Source: Catajapyx aquilonaris (Eukaryota). From it: a stretch of DNA of 64,000 nucleotides. Shown piece by piece: positions 63,780 to 64,000 of this stretch. Where the stretch lies: contig KZ538637.1 of NCBI GenBank assembly GCA_000934665.2, positions 1 to 64,000 on the forward strand, read 5' to 3'. Both the position numbers and the translations under genes were made by a program. The notes under the pieces are model-generated. The model was not told the DNA's origin. It saw only the letters and a list, made by a program, of their open reading frames with translations, and made no database searches. Positions within the stretch are counted from its first letter, which is position 1. Each line of letters opens with the position of its first letter.

Positions 63780-64000
63780 TATACAAATGTGGAACTGTAC
63801 TGCTCAAGTATTTTATGCATTAAATTGAGTAAGCTGAGTTATTTTCATTGCTCAATCATTTGAGTTACCCACGTGCACTATGAGCCATTTCCACGATTAC
63901 TAATCAGTCTTTGAACAAATCATCTCTTCCAAACATCGCATTAGACCTGTTGGACCAAATTTTGCAAGACTGAAATGCCTCAGAAATATATTTGACAAAA

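Noticed and set aside
1..64000. CRISPR array, operons or prokaryotic defence systems
   Set aside because: No regularly spaced repeat-spacer array and no gene-dense ORF structure. The sequence is eukaryotic non-coding DNA.

Overview
This is a 64 kb window of eukaryotic DNA, most likely invertebrate and probably insect. That assignment is an inference from tRNA-derived SINEs of an arthropod type, Tc1/mariner MITEs, microsatellites, no strong CpG depletion and small N gaps next to poly-G/C. I found no intact protein-coding gene, rRNA, genuine tRNA, CRISPR array or known miRNA; the ORF-track products look like chance ORFs. AT-rich, transposon-littered stretches (mainly 1-13.9 kb, 62-64 kb and short spacers) alternate with about 20 GC-richer islands of 0.5-3 kb. 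The islands carry homeodomain-, TCF-, PHO/YY1- and CTCF-like motifs plus a long GAGA tract, consistent with a large intron or gene desert of a developmental regulator. Directly supported elements are two tRNA-SINE families (two insertions with 16-17 bp TSDs), two further retroposon 3' tails (one with a 15 bp TSD), one clean TA-flanked Tc1/mariner MITE, several fold-back elements and perfect palindromes. The most notable patterns are: (i) unrelated perfect palindromes coupled to short tandem duplications, suggesting snap-back or template-switch synthesis; (ii) retroposon 3' hairpins that keep their structure while changing sequence; (iii) many TA-NNN-TA motifs resembling transposon excision footprints. 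I cannot support a new multi-gene system here.
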